Notes: generated by a model from the letters alone, not told the origin. A stretch of DNA of 53,633 nt from Eubacteriales bacterium (GCA_045657165.1 JAZOSP010000035.1:1-53633); one strand, 5' to 3'. Positions 7,831-19,259 are shown, counted from the stretch's first letter. Numbers and translations are program-made.

Positions 7831-10302
7831 TTAAGCTTTAATTTTATTAACTGGAGAAATATGCCATATCTCATTTGCGTAATTACGAATACTGTTGTCA
7901 GAGGCAAAAATGCCGCTGGTAGCAGTGTTTATTAGCGATTTTTTAGCCCAGCCTTCCCTGTCGCGGTAATCCGCAAGAGCCGTATTATATGCATTGAGAT
8001 ATGAGTCAAAATCGGCAAGGCACATGAACGGATCGGCAACGCCGTATCCGCCGCCGACGAGGTAATCAGCAATATGCGAGAAATCCTGACCGCCTATCGG
8101 GTAATAAAGCCTGTCAACGACTCTGCGAAGTCTCTCTGAGGCGTGATAATAGTCCCTTGATACGTATCCGTTACGCCAAAGCTCATCAACCTCGCCCGTG
8201 TTAAGACCGAATATATACATATTATCCCGTCCGCACGCCTCTAAAATCTCAACGTTTGCTCCGTCAAGCGTACCTATGGTAACTGCGCCGTTCATCATAA
8301 GCTTCATGCAACCTGTGCCACTTGCCTCTTTACCTGCAAGAGAAATCTGCTCGGAGAGGTCGGCTGACGGAATAAGCATTTCAGCAACCGATACGTTGTA
8401 TTCCTCCATAAAGACAATCTTTATCCTGTCACGCGTGATGGGGTTATCCTCAAGCTCCTTTGCAAGGAACCAGATAAGCTTGATAAGCTTCTTTGCCATA
8501 ACGTATCCCGGTGCGGCCTTGCAGCCGAAAATGAAGGTTTGAGACGGGATATCGGCGTTCGGATTATCGAGCAGCTCGTTATAAAGAGATATAATCTTTA
8601 ACACGTTGAGCAGCTGGCGCTTATACTCGTGCATACGCTTTATCTGTACGTCAAAGACCGAATCGGTATCGATTCTTTTACCGTTTCTCGCGTATGCGTA
8701 ATAAGCGAAGTTCTCCTTATTGTGATGCTTGATGTCGCGTATTCTATCAAGCACAGCCGTGTCGTCCTTATATTTAAGAAGTCCCGAGAGCTCACGCCCG
8801 TCGTCGCGGAACGCGGGCCCGATAAGCTCATCAAGCATTCCCGAAAGCGCCGGGTTTGCCCCCACGAGCCACCTGCGGTGAACAACACCGTTTGTAACGT
8901 TGGTAAACTTCCACGGTGTCATTTTGTAGAAATCGTGGAATATGGTTTTCTTAAGAATATCGCTATGAAGCTTTGAAACGCCGTTTACGGTATGCGAGCC
9001 GACAATAGAGAGATTTGCCATTCTCACCTGATTATAGGCAACTATCGCCATACGGGAGATTCGGTCCCAATCACCGGGATAGAGGTTCCAAAGATCTGCT
9101 GTGAATCTGCGGTTGATCTCGCAGACTATCATATAAATTCTCGGCAGCTTCATGCTGAAAAGATCAACGCGCCACGCCTCAAGCGCCTCGGGCATTACCG
9201 TATGATTCGTATAGGATACACACTTTATGACCTCTGCCCACGCATCTTCCCAGGAATACGAATATACGTCCATGAAGATACGCATAAGCTCGGGAATACA
9301 AAGCGCTGGGTGCGTGTCGTTTATATGAATTGCCACGTTGTCACCGAAGCCGCGGAGCGAGCCGTGCTCGGCGAGATAATCGCTAAAAATACTCTGAAGC
9401 GATGCTGAAACAAGGAAATACTGCTGGGTAAGACGAAGAAGCTTACCCTCGTCGTAGTTATCCGGCGGATATAGCTGCTTTGTTATCGACTCGGCGTTGC
9501 CGCTTGCAGAAACCGAGCGCATATAATCGCTCTGTGTAGCGTAACCAACCGACGAGAATGCGCGTCTTGCGCGCCAAAGTCTTATTGTGTTAACGGCATT
9601 AGTTCCAACACCCGGTATCAAAAGATCGTACGGAACGGCTTTGACCTCATCATAATCGTAATTCGATATACGAAGCTCGCCGTTTTCCCACTTTTCCTCG
9701 ATTCTTCCGCCGAGCTTTACGGATACGCTCTTCTCGGTTCTCGGAACGAGCCAAGCTCCGCCGCTTGATAACCATTCATCGGTCAGCTCAATCTGCTCAC
9801 CGTCAATAATACGCTGCTTAAAAAGGCCGTTTTCATAGAGGAGCGAATATCCGTTGGCAGCATAATCCTGTGCGGTGAGCGAATCCATAAAGCAGGCAGC
9901 AAGCCTGCCAAGACCGCCGTTGCCAAGTCCGGGATCGACCTCACAGGCGTAGATCTTCTCAAACGATGAGCCGAAATCCGCGAGAATTTCACAGAGCTCG
10001 GGGTAAATTCCAAGATTCTGGGCGTCGTTTTTAAGAGCTCTGCCGACGAGGAATTCCATACATAGGTAGCAAACCTTTTTTGCTCCCTTTGCCTTAATAC
10101 GCTTTTTGAAATCGCTCCTGTATTCAAGCATTACGTCCTTCAAGGCGTAGACAGTAGCCTGATAGAGCTGCTCGTCTGTTGCGGATTCTGGATTTGAAAT
10201 TCCGCGAGTTATAAGCTTTGCTTCAATTCTTTCCTTGAGCTCCTGCTTTGTAATTTTATCCTTCACTCCCGTAACCGGGTGTGCGCTTGCTTTATTTATC
10301 AT
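7831..10302 (-). CDS. glgP: Glycogen/maltodextrin phosphorylase
   Basis: GLGNGGLGRLAACF, INDTHP, QIKRMHEYKRQ, EASGTGCMK (PLP lysine). Confidence 0.96.
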   Translation of the reverse strand: MINKASAHPVTGVKDKITKQELKERIEAKLITRGISNPESATDEQLYQATVYALKDVMLEYRSDFKKRIKAKGAKKVCYLCMEFLVGRALKNDAQNLGIYPELCEILADFGSSFEKIYACEVDPGLGNGGLGRLAACFMDSLTAQDYAANGYSLLYENGLFKQRIIDGEQIELTDEWLSSGGAWLVPRTEKSVSVKLGGRIEEKWENGELRISNYDYDEVKAVPYDLLIPGVGTNAVNTIRLWRARRAFSSVGYATQSDYMRSVSASGNAESITKQLYPPDNYDEGKLLRLTQQYFLVSASLQSIFSDYLAEHGSLRGFGDNVAIHINDTHPALCIPELMRIFMDVYSYSWEDAWAEVIKCVSYTNHTVMPEALEAWRVDLFSMKLPRIYMIVCEINRRFTADLWNLYPGDWDRISRMAIVAYNQVRMANLSIVGSHTVNGVSKLHSDILKKTIFHDFYKMTPWKFTNVTNGVVHRRWLVGANPALSGMLDELIGPAFRDDGRELSGLLKYKDDTAVLDRIRDIKHHNKENFAYYAYARNGKRIDTDSVFDVQIKRMHEYKRQLLNVLKIISLYNELLDNPNADIPSQTFIFGCKAAPGYVMAKKLIKLIWFLAKELEDNPITRDRIKIVFMEEYNVSVAEMLIPSADLSEQISLAGKEASGTGCMKLMMNGAVTIGTLDGANVEILEACGRDNMYIFGLNTGEVDELWRNGYVSRDYYHASERLRRVVDRLYYPIGGQDFSHIADYLVGGGYGVADPFMCLADFDSYLNAYNTALADYRDREGWAKKSLINTATSGIFASDNSIRNYANEIWHISPVNKIKA

Positions 10303-10314
10303 TGTTTTATCCTA

Positions 10315-11733
10315 TCATTTTGCTAAGTTATCATAAATCGCCACATATTTTGTGGCAGAATTGTTCCACGTGAAATCGGAAGACTTTGCAGAGTGTACGA
10401 GCGCCTGCCATTTTTCCTTATCACCGTAAAGCTCGAGTGCTTCCTTAATCACGAAAAGAAGCTCGTGTGCATTATAGTTATCGAAGCGGAAGCCGTTAGC
10501 CCCCTCGACACCGTAAGGCTTTATGGAATCGAAAAGACCGCCAACGCTTCTGACAACAGGAACCGTGCCGTAGGAGCAAGCAATCATCTGCGCAAGACCG
10601 CAGGGCTCGCTTTTTGATGGCATAAGGAAGATGTCCGCTGCTGCATACAGCTTCTTTGAGAGGGCTCTGTCGAATTTTATAAGAGCTACAAGGTTTTCGT
10701 GCTGTCGCGATAGCTCCTCAAGACGGACCTCATATTCCTTCTCGCCCGTACCCAGCATGACAACCTCCACCTCCAACGCGAGAAGCTCCTCGAGTATATG
10801 AAGCACTAGGTCTATTCCCTTTCCTGCCGTAAGCCTCGTTATCATAACTATAAGCGGTCTATCGGCAGTAGATTTTAACCCAAGCTCCCGACGCAGAGCC
10901 GCTTTATTTTCGGCTTTTCCCACGGCAACAGTACGGATATCGTAGCTTTTATAGATGTCTCCGCCACACTCGGGTGAGAAATATCCGTAGTCAATGCCGT
11001 TGATAACACCCGCCATCTTGTGCTTTGCCGCCTTGATTACGGTTGAAAGCCCGAAGGCAAAGAAATCGTATTCAAGCTCGTTTGCGTAATTCGGGCTAAC
11101 CGTAGTTACAAAGTCCGAGCATACGATTGCCCCTTTCATAAGGTTAAGGCAGCCATCGTATTCAACTATACCTCGGTATTTGGTATCAATACCGAACACA
11201 TCACCGAGGATATATGGGTCGTATTTACCCTGATATTCAATATTGTGGATTGTATATACCGTCTTTATTTTAGAGAATGCCTCGATGTCAGCGTATTCTG
11301 TTTTCAGGTATATTACCGCAGCGGCAGTTTGCCAATCGTTCGCGTGAAGAACGTCGGGAATATCACCGCTTTGAAGAATATACTCAACAATAGCCCGCGA
11401 GAAGAAGGCAAACCTCTCCCCATCATCAAATTCACCGTACAGCCTATCACGGTCGAAATAATAATGATTTTCAACGAAAAGATAGGTTACGCTACCCAAG
11501 CAAAGCTTATATATCGAAGCGCCTGTTTTGCGCCAACCGAGACTAAAGGAAATATCTATGACGAGCTCCATTCTCTCGCGATAGCGCTCGTCTATCGATC
11601 TATATAGCGGTATAATTACAGAGCATTCACTGCCCGCCTCTGCAACGGCAGAAGGCAGAGCACCCATGACGTCGCCAAGACCTCCGCTTGCAGAAAACGG
11701 CGCTGCCTCGCTGGACGCATAAAGAATTTTCAT
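10315..11733 (-). CDS. glgA: Glycogen synthase
   Basis: MKILYASSEAAPF..SGGLGDV, HANDWQ, EPCGL; AGGAG RBS before ATG 11733. Confidence 0.95.
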   Translation of the reverse strand: MKILYASSEAAPFSASGGLGDVMGALPSAVAEAGSECSVIIPLYRSIDERYRERMELVIDISFSLGWRKTGASIYKLCLGSVTYLFVENHYYFDRDRLYGEFDDGERFAFFSRAIVEYILQSGDIPDVLHANDWQTAAAVIYLKTEYADIEAFSKIKTVYTIHNIEYQGKYDPYILGDVFGIDTKYRGIVEYDGCLNLMKGAIVCSDFVTTVSPNYANELEYDFFAFGLSTVIKAAKHKMAGVINGIDYGYFSPECGGDIYKSYDIRTVAVGKAENKAALRRELGLKSTADRPLIVMITRLTAGKGIDLVLHILEELLALEVEVVMLGTGEKEYEVRLEELSRQHENLVALIKFDRALSKKLYAAADIFLMPSKSEPCGLAQMIACSYGTVPVVRSVGGLFDSIKPYGVEGANGFRFDNYNAHELLFVIKEALELYGDKEKWQALVHSAKSSDFTWNNSATKYVAIYDNLAK

Positions 11734-11753
11734 CAATGGCACTCCTTTGAATC

Positions 11754-12884
11754 TTATATTTTACGGGACTTCTGAATGTAGAATGGCATGTTTCCGTTGC
11801 CCGAAAGAATCACTCCGTCGGTTATATCAACATCCTTGTCAGCAACTATGCAGTTAAGGCTTGCTCCCTTCGCAACGCGAGTACCGCTGAAGAGCACCGA
11901 ATTCTTAACGACCGCACCGCGCTCGACCTTCACTCCGCGGAAAAGAACCGAGTTAATTACGGTTCCCTCAATCACGCAGTCGTCGGCAATCATTGAGTTC
12001 TCAACCCGCGCCGTAGTTTTATAAACGGTGGGAGCCGAGTTGTGAACTCGAGTGAATACGGGTGCTTCCTTTTTCCAAAGAAGTGACTCGCGTGCCGACT
12101 CGTCAGCAGCAAGCTCCATAGAACATCGGTAATAATCGAGAAAACTCGAGACCGTTGCTACGTAGCCCGTGTATTTATATGTGCGATAATTCGAGGACTT
12201 GTAGTTTTTAAGCATAAGCCCGGTAAGACTGTTGAGATTATACGCCTCCGCTTCCTCGATAAGACGGCGCAAATATACGGTTCTCATAACGTAAATGCCG
12301 AGAGAAAGCTCGGGGTGTCGCTCTTTATAAGTGTCTGAGAGCGCAAATTCGGTGATTTTGCCCGCGACGGATGCAAGCATCATTCTCGGGTGCTTTGAGG
12401 AGTATGATTTATCGGCTGTGTGAGTAACGATAGTAATATTTGCATTTGTCTTTTCGTGAGTTCGTATCACGTCCTCAATATCAATATTAAGAACGCTGTC
12501 GGAGTCCATAAGAACAACGAACTCCTCCTTAAATTCCCTAATATACTCCTTCATGCTCTTGAGAGCCTCAAGGTGGGTCGAGAACATCTTCGCCTCAGCA
12601 TTCGCAGCGGTCTGGAAAGGCGAGATAACGTTTATTCCGCTCTCACGCCGTGCGAGGTCCCAGTCCTTACCGCTTCCTATATGCTCAAGAAGCGAACGAT
12701 AGTTATAGTTAGCAACTATGTTTATATTCGATATGTTAGCGTTTACTAAATTAGACAAGCAAAAGTCCACGAGGCGGTATCTGCACGCAAATGGGATAGC
12801 CGCAACCGTTCTGTCTCCCGTAAGACGTGAGAGAGTATTATTGTTCAAGCTTGAGAAAATAATTCCTGCTGCGCTGATTGCCAT
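11754..12884 (-). CDS. glgD: Glucose-1-phosphate adenylyltransferase subunit GlgD
   Basis: PFACRYRLVDF, HIGSGKDWDLAR; beta-helix C-terminus; follows glgC. Confidence 0.93.
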   Translation of the reverse strand: MAISAAGIIFSSLNNNTLSRLTGDRTVAAIPFACRYRLVDFCLSNLVNANISNINIVANYNYRSLLEHIGSGKDWDLARRESGINVISPFQTAANAEAKMFSTHLEALKSMKEYIREFKEEFVVLMDSDSVLNIDIEDVIRTHEKTNANITIVTHTADKSYSSKHPRMMLASVAGKITEFALSDTYKERHPELSLGIYVMRTVYLRRLIEEAEAYNLNSLTGLMLKNYKSSNYRTYKYTGYVATVSSFLDYYRCSMELAADESARESLLWKKEAPVFTRVHNSAPTVYKTTARVENSMIADDCVIEGTVINSVLFRGVKVERGAVVKNSVLFSGTRVAKGASLNCIVADKDVDITDGVILSGNGNMPFYIQKSRKI

Positions 12885-12896
12885 TTTACTACCTCC

Positions 12897-14057
12897 TTAT
12901 CCTTTGGTCGCGCCGGTGGAAACCGTGCTTCCCTTTGCTACGACCGCGATGTCATCTTTTCCCGCACCCTCTGTGCCGACGACTGCTTCAGCCTCTATAA
13001 CGGTATCGGAATCGACGATTGCAGTATAGACGTGAGCACCGCGCTTGACGATTACGTCCTCCATAATTATCGAATCCCTTACCACAGCTCCATCTTCTAT
13101 AACGACGCCGCCGGAGAGGATTGAATTTTCAACCGTTCCGTATATACGGCAGCCCTCGGAAATCATCGAATTAAGAACCGATGATTTCGATCCAAGGTAC
13201 TGAGGTGCACGTGCCGTATTCTTGGAATATATCCTGAAATTCTTATCCGAAATGTTCAGCACGGGCTCGTCGCCGATGAGATCCATATTCGCCTCCCAAA
13301 GTGAGGATATGGTTCCAACGTCCTTCCAATACCCGTCGAACTTATATGAATAAAGCCTCTCGCCGTTTCCAAGCAGATTCGGGATTATGTTCTTTCCAAA
13401 ATCGTTCGAGGAGCTCTCGTCAGCCTCGTCGGTTTCAAGATACTCGATAAGAGTGCTTGTGTTGAAGATATATATACCCATAGATGCCTGATTATTCTTG
13501 GGTTTTTTGGGCTTTTCCTCAAACTCGTAGATCGAGCCGTCGGGATTGGTGTTACAAATGCCGAATCTTGAAGCCTCCTCGATAGGAACGGTTATCGTAG
13601 CAACCGTGCACACGGCACCCGTTGCCTTATGCTGCTCAAGCATAAGCTTATAATCCATTCTGTAAATATGGTCGCCAGAAAGAATAAGAACGTACTCGGG
13701 ATTATAGTGCTTTATAAAGTTGATATTCTGATAAATGGCGTTAGCTGTGCCCTTGTACCAATCAGAGTGTGTATTTCCCTGATACGGCGGCAGCACCGAA
13801 AGACCGCCCCTCATGCGGTCAAGATCCCACGGCGCTCCGTTGCAAACGTACTCGTTGAGTGCAAAGGGCTGATACTGCGTCAAGACACCTACAGTGTCGA
13901 TACCGGAGTTTATGCAATTGGAGAGAGGAAAGTCAATGATTTTGTATTTTCCTCCGAATGAAACTGCGGGCTTTGCGATTTGCTTTGTTAAATCGTATAG
14001 ACGAGAGCCTTGTCCGCCGGCAAGAAGCATCGCTATACATTCCTTTTTACAATACAT
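12897..14057 (-). CDS. glgC: Glucose-1-phosphate adenylyltransferase
   Basis: [40 protein letters not shown]. Confidence 0.96.
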   Translation of the reverse strand: MYCKKECIAMLLAGGQGSRLYDLTKQIAKPAVSFGGKYKIIDFPLSNCINSGIDTVGVLTQYQPFALNEYVCNGAPWDLDRMRGGLSVLPPYQGNTHSDWYKGTANAIYQNINFIKHYNPEYVLILSGDHIYRMDYKLMLEQHKATGAVCTVATITVPIEEASRFGICNTNPDGSIYEFEEKPKKPKNNQASMGIYIFNTSTLIEYLETDEADESSSNDFGKNIIPNLLGNGERLYSYKFDGYWKDVGTISSLWEANMDLIGDEPVLNISDKNFRIYSKNTARAPQYLGSKSSVLNSMISEGCRIYGTVENSILSGGVVIEDGAVVRDSIIMEDVIVKRGAHVYTAIVDSDTVIEAEAVVGTEGAGKDDIAVVAKGSTVSTGATKG

Positions 14058-14067
14058 TCCCTGCTCC

Positions 14068-15957
14068 TTATAGTTTTATTTTTCTTGTTCCGCTGTTTTC
14101 TGCCATTATCATTCCCGAAAACGGGGGAATGCGGATATCGGCAAAATATCCGTCGCGTTCTTTGCTAACTTTGATTTTTTTGCCCGAGTCGGGAAGATTT
14201 CCGGTATCAAAGAGGACGTCGAGCTCTATTGCCTTCTCGGTGGGCAAAATTATCCTCTCCTCGCTGCCGGAAAAGGATATAACGACGATAACGCTTTCGC
14301 CTTCGCGGTTGATTCTTCTGAACGCAACGAGGTTTTTGTCCGCCTCGTCGGGAAAAATCCAAGAAAATCCGCGCGAATCGAAATCCATATCCCAAAGCTC
14401 CGAGCGCGAGAGATAAAACGAGTTAAGCGCTGCTGTATAGTCGCGCAAATACCTGTGATTTGGATAATCGAGCATAAACCACTCAAGCGAGCTTTCGTAA
14501 TCCCACTCTCGGAATTGACCGTACTCCGTGCCCATAAAGAGCAGCTTCTTTGATGGGTAGGTCATCATCAGCATAAGCGACGCTCGCGCCATACGGAACT
14601 TATCCTCATAACCACCGAACATTTTGTCGATAAATGACTTTTTACCGTGAACGACCTCGTCGTGTGAGATAGGCATACAGTAATTCTCGCTGAATGCATA
14701 CATAAGCGGGAAATTGAGCGCCTTGTGCGAATATTTGCGATATACGGGGTCGGTGGCAACGTAGTCGTAAAAATCGTTTGCCCAGCCCATATTCCACTTG
14801 AGGTTGAAGCCAAGCCCGCCGTCATAAACCGGTGCTGTTATTTTTCCGAACGCCGTGGACTCCTCTGCAATCATCAACACATCGGGATATTCCGCGAAAA
14901 CCGCAGTATTGAGCTTTTGTAAAAACGCAATTGCTTCCCTGTTTTCGTTACCCCCATCGGAATTTGGTACCCACTCACCCGGGTCTCTGTCATAATCGAG
15001 ATAAAGCATTGAGGCAACAGCGTCAACACGCAGGCCGTCAACGTGAAATTCTCTGAAAAAGTAAAGCGCGTTTGAAATCAGGAAGGACTGTATTTCCTCT
15101 CTGCCGAGGTCGAAAAAGCGCGTTCCCCAGCTGCGTGACTCCTGCCTGTCCACCCCTTGATACTCATAAAGCGGTGCACCGTCAAACTCATAAAGTCCCC
15201 ATTCGTCTTTGGGGAAATGCGCCGGCACCCAGTCAATAATTACTCCAATTCCGGCATTGTGAAGGGTGTTGATGAGGTATTTGAGGTCGTCGGGTGTACC
15301 GAAGCGCGAGGTTGGTGCATAAAAAGCGCACACCTGATATCCCCACGAGCCATCGTAAGGATACTCGGCAAGCGGCAGAAACTCAACGTGCGTGTAGCCC
15401 ATAACCTTGAGGTATATCGGCAGAATTTCCGCCATCTCTCTATAGGAATAATATGAATTATCATCGTGGCGCAAAAAGCTACCGAGGTGCACCTCGTAGA
15501 TATTCAGAGGCGCGGAGAGAAAAATGCCGTCCTTATAAGCGACCGTGTTTTTCCTGTGAGCAAGCCACGTGCCGTCGGAAAATTCAAATCGGCTCTCGGT
15601 ATAAATCAAGGAGGCGCCGTCGTCCTTTCCTCTCGAAAAGCGAGCGTAAGGGTCACCCTTGTCGTGTGTGCCGCTATCTGACACAATCCGATATTTATAC
15701 GGCTGCCCCTCGAGCGAAGCGCTTGACCTGTAAACGAGCTCCCAAACACCCTTGTCGGTTATGCGGGTAAGGGGGACAGGCTCGCTCCAACCGGAAAAAT
15801 CGGACACAAGCCCAACAAGACGCGCGTTAGGCGCCCACACGCGAAACGTGTATTCGTATTCCCCGTCGACATCCCGTGAGCTGACGCCAAGGTACTCGTA
15901 TGCGTGAAAATTAGTGCCCTGATGAAAATAATAGCTTGCGAGCCCTGTATCTGCCAC
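14068..15957 (-). CDS. glgB: 1,4-alpha-glucan branching enzyme
   Basis: [41 protein letters not shown]. Start is probably GTG 15957 (GGAGG 8 nt upstream); ATG 15984 is the alternative. Confidence 0.95.
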   Translation of the reverse strand: MADTGLASYYFHQGTNFHAYEYLGVSSRDVDGEYEYTFRVWAPNARLVGLVSDFSGWSEPVPLTRITDKGVWELVYRSSASLEGQPYKYRIVSDSGTHDKGDPYARFSRGKDDGASLIYTESRFEFSDGTWLAHRKNTVAYKDGIFLSAPLNIYEVHLGSFLRHDDNSYYSYREMAEILPIYLKVMGYTHVEFLPLAEYPYDGSWGYQVCAFYAPTSRFGTPDDLKYLINTLHNAGIGVIIDWVPAHFPKDEWGLYEFDGAPLYEYQGVDRQESRSWGTRFFDLGREEIQSFLISNALYFFREFHVDGLRVDAVASMLYLDYDRDPGEWVPNSDGGNENREAIAFLQKLNTAVFAEYPDVLMIAEESTAFGKITAPVYDGGLGFNLKWNMGWANDFYDYVATDPVYRKYSHKALNFPLMYAFSENYCMPISHDEVVHGKKSFIDKMFGGYEDKFRMARASLMLMMTYPSKKLLFMGTEYGQFREWDYESSLEWFMLDYPNHRYLRDYTAALNSFYLSRSELWDMDFDSRGFSWIFPDEADKNLVAFRRINREGESVIVVISFSGSEERIILPTEKAIELDVLFDTGNLPDSGKKIKVSKERDGYFADIRIPPFSGMIMAENSGTRKIKL

Positions 15958-16000
15958 CTGCACGTCCTCCGTAGTTTCAATCATATTATTTTCTATATAT

Positions 16001-16029
16001 ATTTTAACATTTTATTGCCTCTTTGTCAA
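16001..16029 (-). promoter_or_regulatory. Sigma-A promoter of the glg operon
   Basis: TTGACA-N17-TAAAAT with extended TG. Confidence 0.75.
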
Positions 16030-16062
16030 GGCGTATATAGATTATGCTAATGTAAAATTGTG

Positions 16063-16566
16063 CTACTTATCAGCTTTTTTGGAAATTCGCTTATTCAGTG
16101 CCTTGATTGTGTACATGAAAGGAAGCATAGCAATTCTCATAAGCACTATGATTAATCCGTATAAAAACACAAATATCGAATCCATTATCCTAAAAAGTGT
16201 TTTATTACACACACCCCTTAGGACATAAAAGAAAAAAACGGCTGACACAAGAAGATATAGCCTTATTGCTCCGTCAAGTGCGTAATAAGATAACAAAATA
16301 AAGCCTATTACGAATATCACACATTTTAGAAATGCACCCACTTCGCCAAAAAGCCTTCCGCCGCTCCCCTTAAAGACTGTTTCTTCTTTCTTTTTAGGTA
16401 TTTTGAAAATATTGCTTTTTGAAAAGAGGTGCTCCTTTATATTCATTACGTGACGCATTTCAACGGTTAAAATTTTTAATATTATATCCAAAACCGAGAA
16501 AATCAACCCAAAAACCGCGGCAGAAAACATCGAAAGTAGCGTTTCGAGTGCAGTAAAGTAGGTCAT
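16063..16566 (-). CDS. yabQ: YabQ-like spore cortex membrane protein
   Basis: Hydrophobic; contains DGAIRLY (YabQ GxxR pattern); directly downstream of and overlapping yabP. Confidence 0.65.
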   Translation of the reverse strand: MTYFTALETLLSMFSAAVFGLIFSVLDIILKILTVEMRHVMNIKEHLFSKSNIFKIPKKKEETVFKGSGGRLFGEVGAFLKCVIFVIGFILLSYYALDGAIRLYLLVSAVFFFYVLRGVCNKTLFRIMDSIFVFLYGLIIVLMRIAMLPFMYTIKALNKRISKKADK

Positions 16567-16832
16567 TTGAATAGCCTCGAAAAAATTCCGCCCTTCTCCT
16601 TGTCGCCGGAATAAAATACACCGTCTATGGTTCCGCTTATGAGTATTACGCCGTCATCTTTCGTAAGCCCCTCAATTTTAAGGTCCTTACCCTCGACTAT
16701 TATCCTTCCTCCCGAGGTCATTAGTGACACATATCCCTCGTCAAAGCCAACGACGTTGATTACGCCGTCAAGCGACAACGTGTTTCGGTTTTTAACTACG
16801 AGCGTTTGCTTTACCGACCTGTTCTCCTCCAT
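16563..16832 (-). CDS. yabP: Sporulation protein YabP
   Basis: NRNTLSLDGVINVVGFDE...GRIIVEGKDLKI...GIFSRLFK, plus synteny with yabO/yabQ. Confidence 0.88.
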   Translation of the reverse strand: MEENRSVKQTLVVKNRNTLSLDGVINVVGFDEGYVSLMTSGGRIIVEGKDLKIEGLTKDDGVILISGTIDGVFYSGDKEKGGIFSRLFK

Positions 16833-16862
16833 AATTATCTCCTATCCGCGAAATCTTATAAA

Positions 16863-16915
16863 AAAAGAAATACCGCATATTCTACTAAAAAATATGCGGT
16901 ATTTCTTTTCTTTAT
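16863..16915 (-). terminator. Terminator of hup-yabO overlapping a sigma-E-like promoter for yabPQ
   Basis: Stem AAAAGAAATACCGCATATT/AATATGCGGTATTTCTTTT followed by a T-tract; ATA-N16-CATATTTT on the minus strand. Confidence 0.7.
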
Positions 16916-17166
16916 TCGTCAGACTCGGATATAACCTCGTACATTCCTGCCGACTCGGATTTCTTAGTGGTATCCTTAATGTCAAGCACCTTAACGGTTA
17001 CCGATTTTGACCCAAATGCTACACAAATTAAATCACCGAGCTTTACGTCATACGATGCCTTGGCAGTCTTGCCGTTAACCGTAATACGCGCAGAGTCACA
17101 CGCCTCGTTCGCAACACTCCGACGCTTTATGAGCCTTGAAACCTTAAGGTATTTGTCAAGTCGCAT
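16912..17166 (-). CDS. yabO: S4-domain RNA-binding protein YabO/RqcP
   Basis: [23 protein letters not shown]; 84 aa; synteny. Confidence 0.9.
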   Translation of the reverse strand: MRLDKYLKVSRLIKRRSVANEACDSARITVNGKTAKASYDVKLGDLICVAFGSKSVTVKVLDIKDTTKKSESAGMYEVISESDE

Positions 17167-17172
17167 AAAAAA

Positions 17173-17448
17173 TTAGCCGTTTACCTGATCCTTGAGAACC
17201 TTAGATGCAGCGAAAGCGGGCTTCTTGGTAGCAGCAATCTTAATGGTTTCGCCGGTCTTGGGGTTACGGCCTTCTCTTTCGGCAACGGTCTTAACCTCAA
17301 AGGTACCAAAGCCGATAAGCTGAACCTTATCACCGGACTTGAGAGCGTTAGCAATCGCCTCGAGGGTTGCGTTAACTGCTGCCTCAGCTGCCTTCTTGGA
17401 AAGCTCAGCCTCGGCTGCTACAACATTTACGAGATCTGTCTTGTTCAT
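17173..17448 (-). CDS. hup: DNA-binding protein HU
   Basis: MNKTDLV...GFGTF...GRNPKTGE signature. Confidence 0.96.
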   Translation of the reverse strand: MNKTDLVNVVAAEAELSKKAAEAAVNATLEAIANALKSGDKVQLIGFGTFEVKTVAEREGRNPKTGETIKIAATKKPAFAASKVLKDQVNG

Positions 17449-17485
17449 TTTGAAAAATCCTTTCTTTTTTTAATAATCTACGTAC

Positions 17486-17514
17486 ATTATACCAATTTTT
17501 ATTTGTTAATGCAA
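17486..17514 (-). promoter_or_regulatory. Sigma-A promoter of hup
   Basis: TTGCAT-N17-TATAAT with extended TG and an A-rich UP region. Confidence 0.75.
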
Positions 17515-17574
17515 TAGTTATGCATAATTTTTTTCAAAAAAAACCAATATTTTCGTGTATTTATGATAAAAATG

Positions 17575-19182
17575 CTATATTTTACCCGATTCGCAGAGTC
17601 CTCTTATGTTGCTCTTTCTGAAAACACCCAAAAATAGAGTCAAAAACAAGTATATGATTACCGATAGGGCTATTGCAATCCCGAGTGATAAGGTCGGGTG
17701 AAGATTTTTCATAAGGGTGTCAAATACAATCCGCGAACCAATGATAGCAACCAAGGAATTGACAAGCGGCGGCAGATACGTTGACACTATCCTTGTGTTT
17801 GCTATACCTCTTTTATGTGCCATGATAAGCGATACGGTAAGTGCTATAGCATAAGAGGCAACCGTACCTATGGGAGCACCTGAAATTCCAAAGGCTTCGT
17901 CTCCAAGCAAAAAATAGCTTACTATGATTTTCACCATACTACCAACTGCCATCGATATAACGGGCGCCTTTACCGCACCTCGAGCCTCAAGTGCGGAATT
18001 CACGGCAAGCAGCATCGTCGCAAAAAAGAGCGCAGGTGCCAGCAAGCAAAGCAACGTCGCGCCCGTATCAACTCCGCTCTCTCCGAAAAGAAGCGTGAGA
18101 ATTTCCCTCGCGTACGTCATAATTCCTATCATAAGAGGAGCTGATACGAATGCAGTAAACGTAACCGTGGATTTATACGTATTAGTAAAGGCAGAGTTAT
18201 CCCCCAAAGCGGCGGCACGCGTAAGCAGCGGTAAAAAAGCTATAGATATCGGTGAGACAAGCGAGATAACAAGGTTAAACATAGGAACGGCAAGAGTTGT
18301 ATAATTTCCATAAAGCGAGGCTGCTTCAAGCTCGGTATAGCCCTGCTCAATAAGCCGCCTCATAATAAGTCCGAGATCTATAATGTTGGTAATGCTCATA
18401 ACCGCAGCACTTACCGTTATCGGAACCGATATTGCAAATATGCGCTTTTTAATGTATTTTTTGTCAGTCTTAGTCAGCTTTTGCTTGCTGATTTTCGAAA
18501 TTTCAAGGTCGCGTGATGCAAAAAATAAGTAAAGAAGTCCAAATATCGCGCCAATGGTTACGCCAAGTATAGTCAATGCCGACACTGCCGACAGCGGTAG
18601 ACCGCGCCTTACTCCAAAGGAAGCAAAAATCAAACCGAATACAAGCTTACCGACACCCTCAAGAATTTGCGATATCGCGATTCCGGTAAGCTTCAGGTTG
18701 GCGCTTAAATATCCTCTGACAACGCCCGCGAGAGAAATAAAAATAATCGACGGAGCAATTGCAATCATCGTAGCCGTAGAGCTTTTGTTCCCGATCAGCT
18801 CTGCAAGCGGCTCTGAAAGAAACATGAAAGCCCCCGTTATTACAGCACCAAGAGCAAAAAACGTACCCATAGCAAGTCTCAGAATTGAACGCTCGTTTAT
18901 CCCGCTCCCCCGTGCCTTTGCCTCGGATACAAGTATCATTACCGCCTTTGGAACTCCCGCGGTACACAAAAGATAAAAGAACGCATACACGGTGTAAGCC
19001 GAGTTGAAATATCCCATTCCCTCGTCACCGAGCAGTCTCGCAAGTGGTATTTTATAAATGACACCGAGCAGCTTCACGATTACCGTTGACACCGTCAGTG
19101 AGAGCGTACCACCAAGGACTCCCGACGCAAGCGAGCCTAGTGTACCTTTTTTATGCTCTGCTTTCGATAAAGTACCAGTCAA
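17575..19182 (-). CDS. SpoVB/YabM-like MOP flippase (polysaccharide biosynthesis protein)
   Basis: KLLGVIYKIPLARLLGDEGMGYF, TAGVPKA; many TM helices. Start is TTG 19182 or 19197. Confidence 0.85.
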   Translation of the reverse strand: MTGTLSKAEHKKGTLGSLASGVLGGTLSLTVSTVIVKLLGVIYKIPLARLLGDEGMGYFNSAYTVYAFFYLLCTAGVPKAVMILVSEAKARGSGINERSILRLAMGTFFALGAVITGAFMFLSEPLAELIGNKSSTATMIAIAPSIIFISLAGVVRGYLSANLKLTGIAISQILEGVGKLVFGLIFASFGVRRGLPLSAVSALTILGVTIGAIFGLLYLFFASRDLEISKISKQKLTKTDKKYIKKRIFAISVPITVSAAVMSITNIIDLGLIMRRLIEQGYTELEAASLYGNYTTLAVPMFNLVISLVSPISIAFLPLLTRAAALGDNSAFTNTYKSTVTFTAFVSAPLMIGIMTYAREILTLLFGESGVDTGATLLCLLAPALFFATMLLAVNSALEARGAVKAPVISMAVGSMVKIIVSYFLLGDEAFGISGAPIGTVASYAIALTVSLIMAHKRGIANTRIVSTYLPPLVNSLVAIIGSRIVFDTLMKNLHPTLSLGIAIALSVIIYLFLTLFLGVFRKSNIRGLCESGKI

Positions 19183-19203
19183 TGCTTTGTCCCCCAAAAA
19201 AGA

Positions 19204-19243
19204 AAAGATTCACTAAAATATATTAGCGAATCTCTTCAATTAT
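19204..19243 (-). promoter_or_regulatory. Sigma-E-like promoter embedded in an inverted repeat (also hemZ terminator candidate)
   Basis: ATA-N16-AATATATT; stem AGATTCGCTAA/TTAGTGAATCT followed by T-rich sequence. Confidence 0.45.
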
Positions 19244-19259
19244 TATTATATGGAAAAAT

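Noticed and set aside
5895-15984. Glycogen cluster as a novel system
   Set aside because: glgBCDAP with a GH13 enzyme is the standard Firmicutes arrangement.
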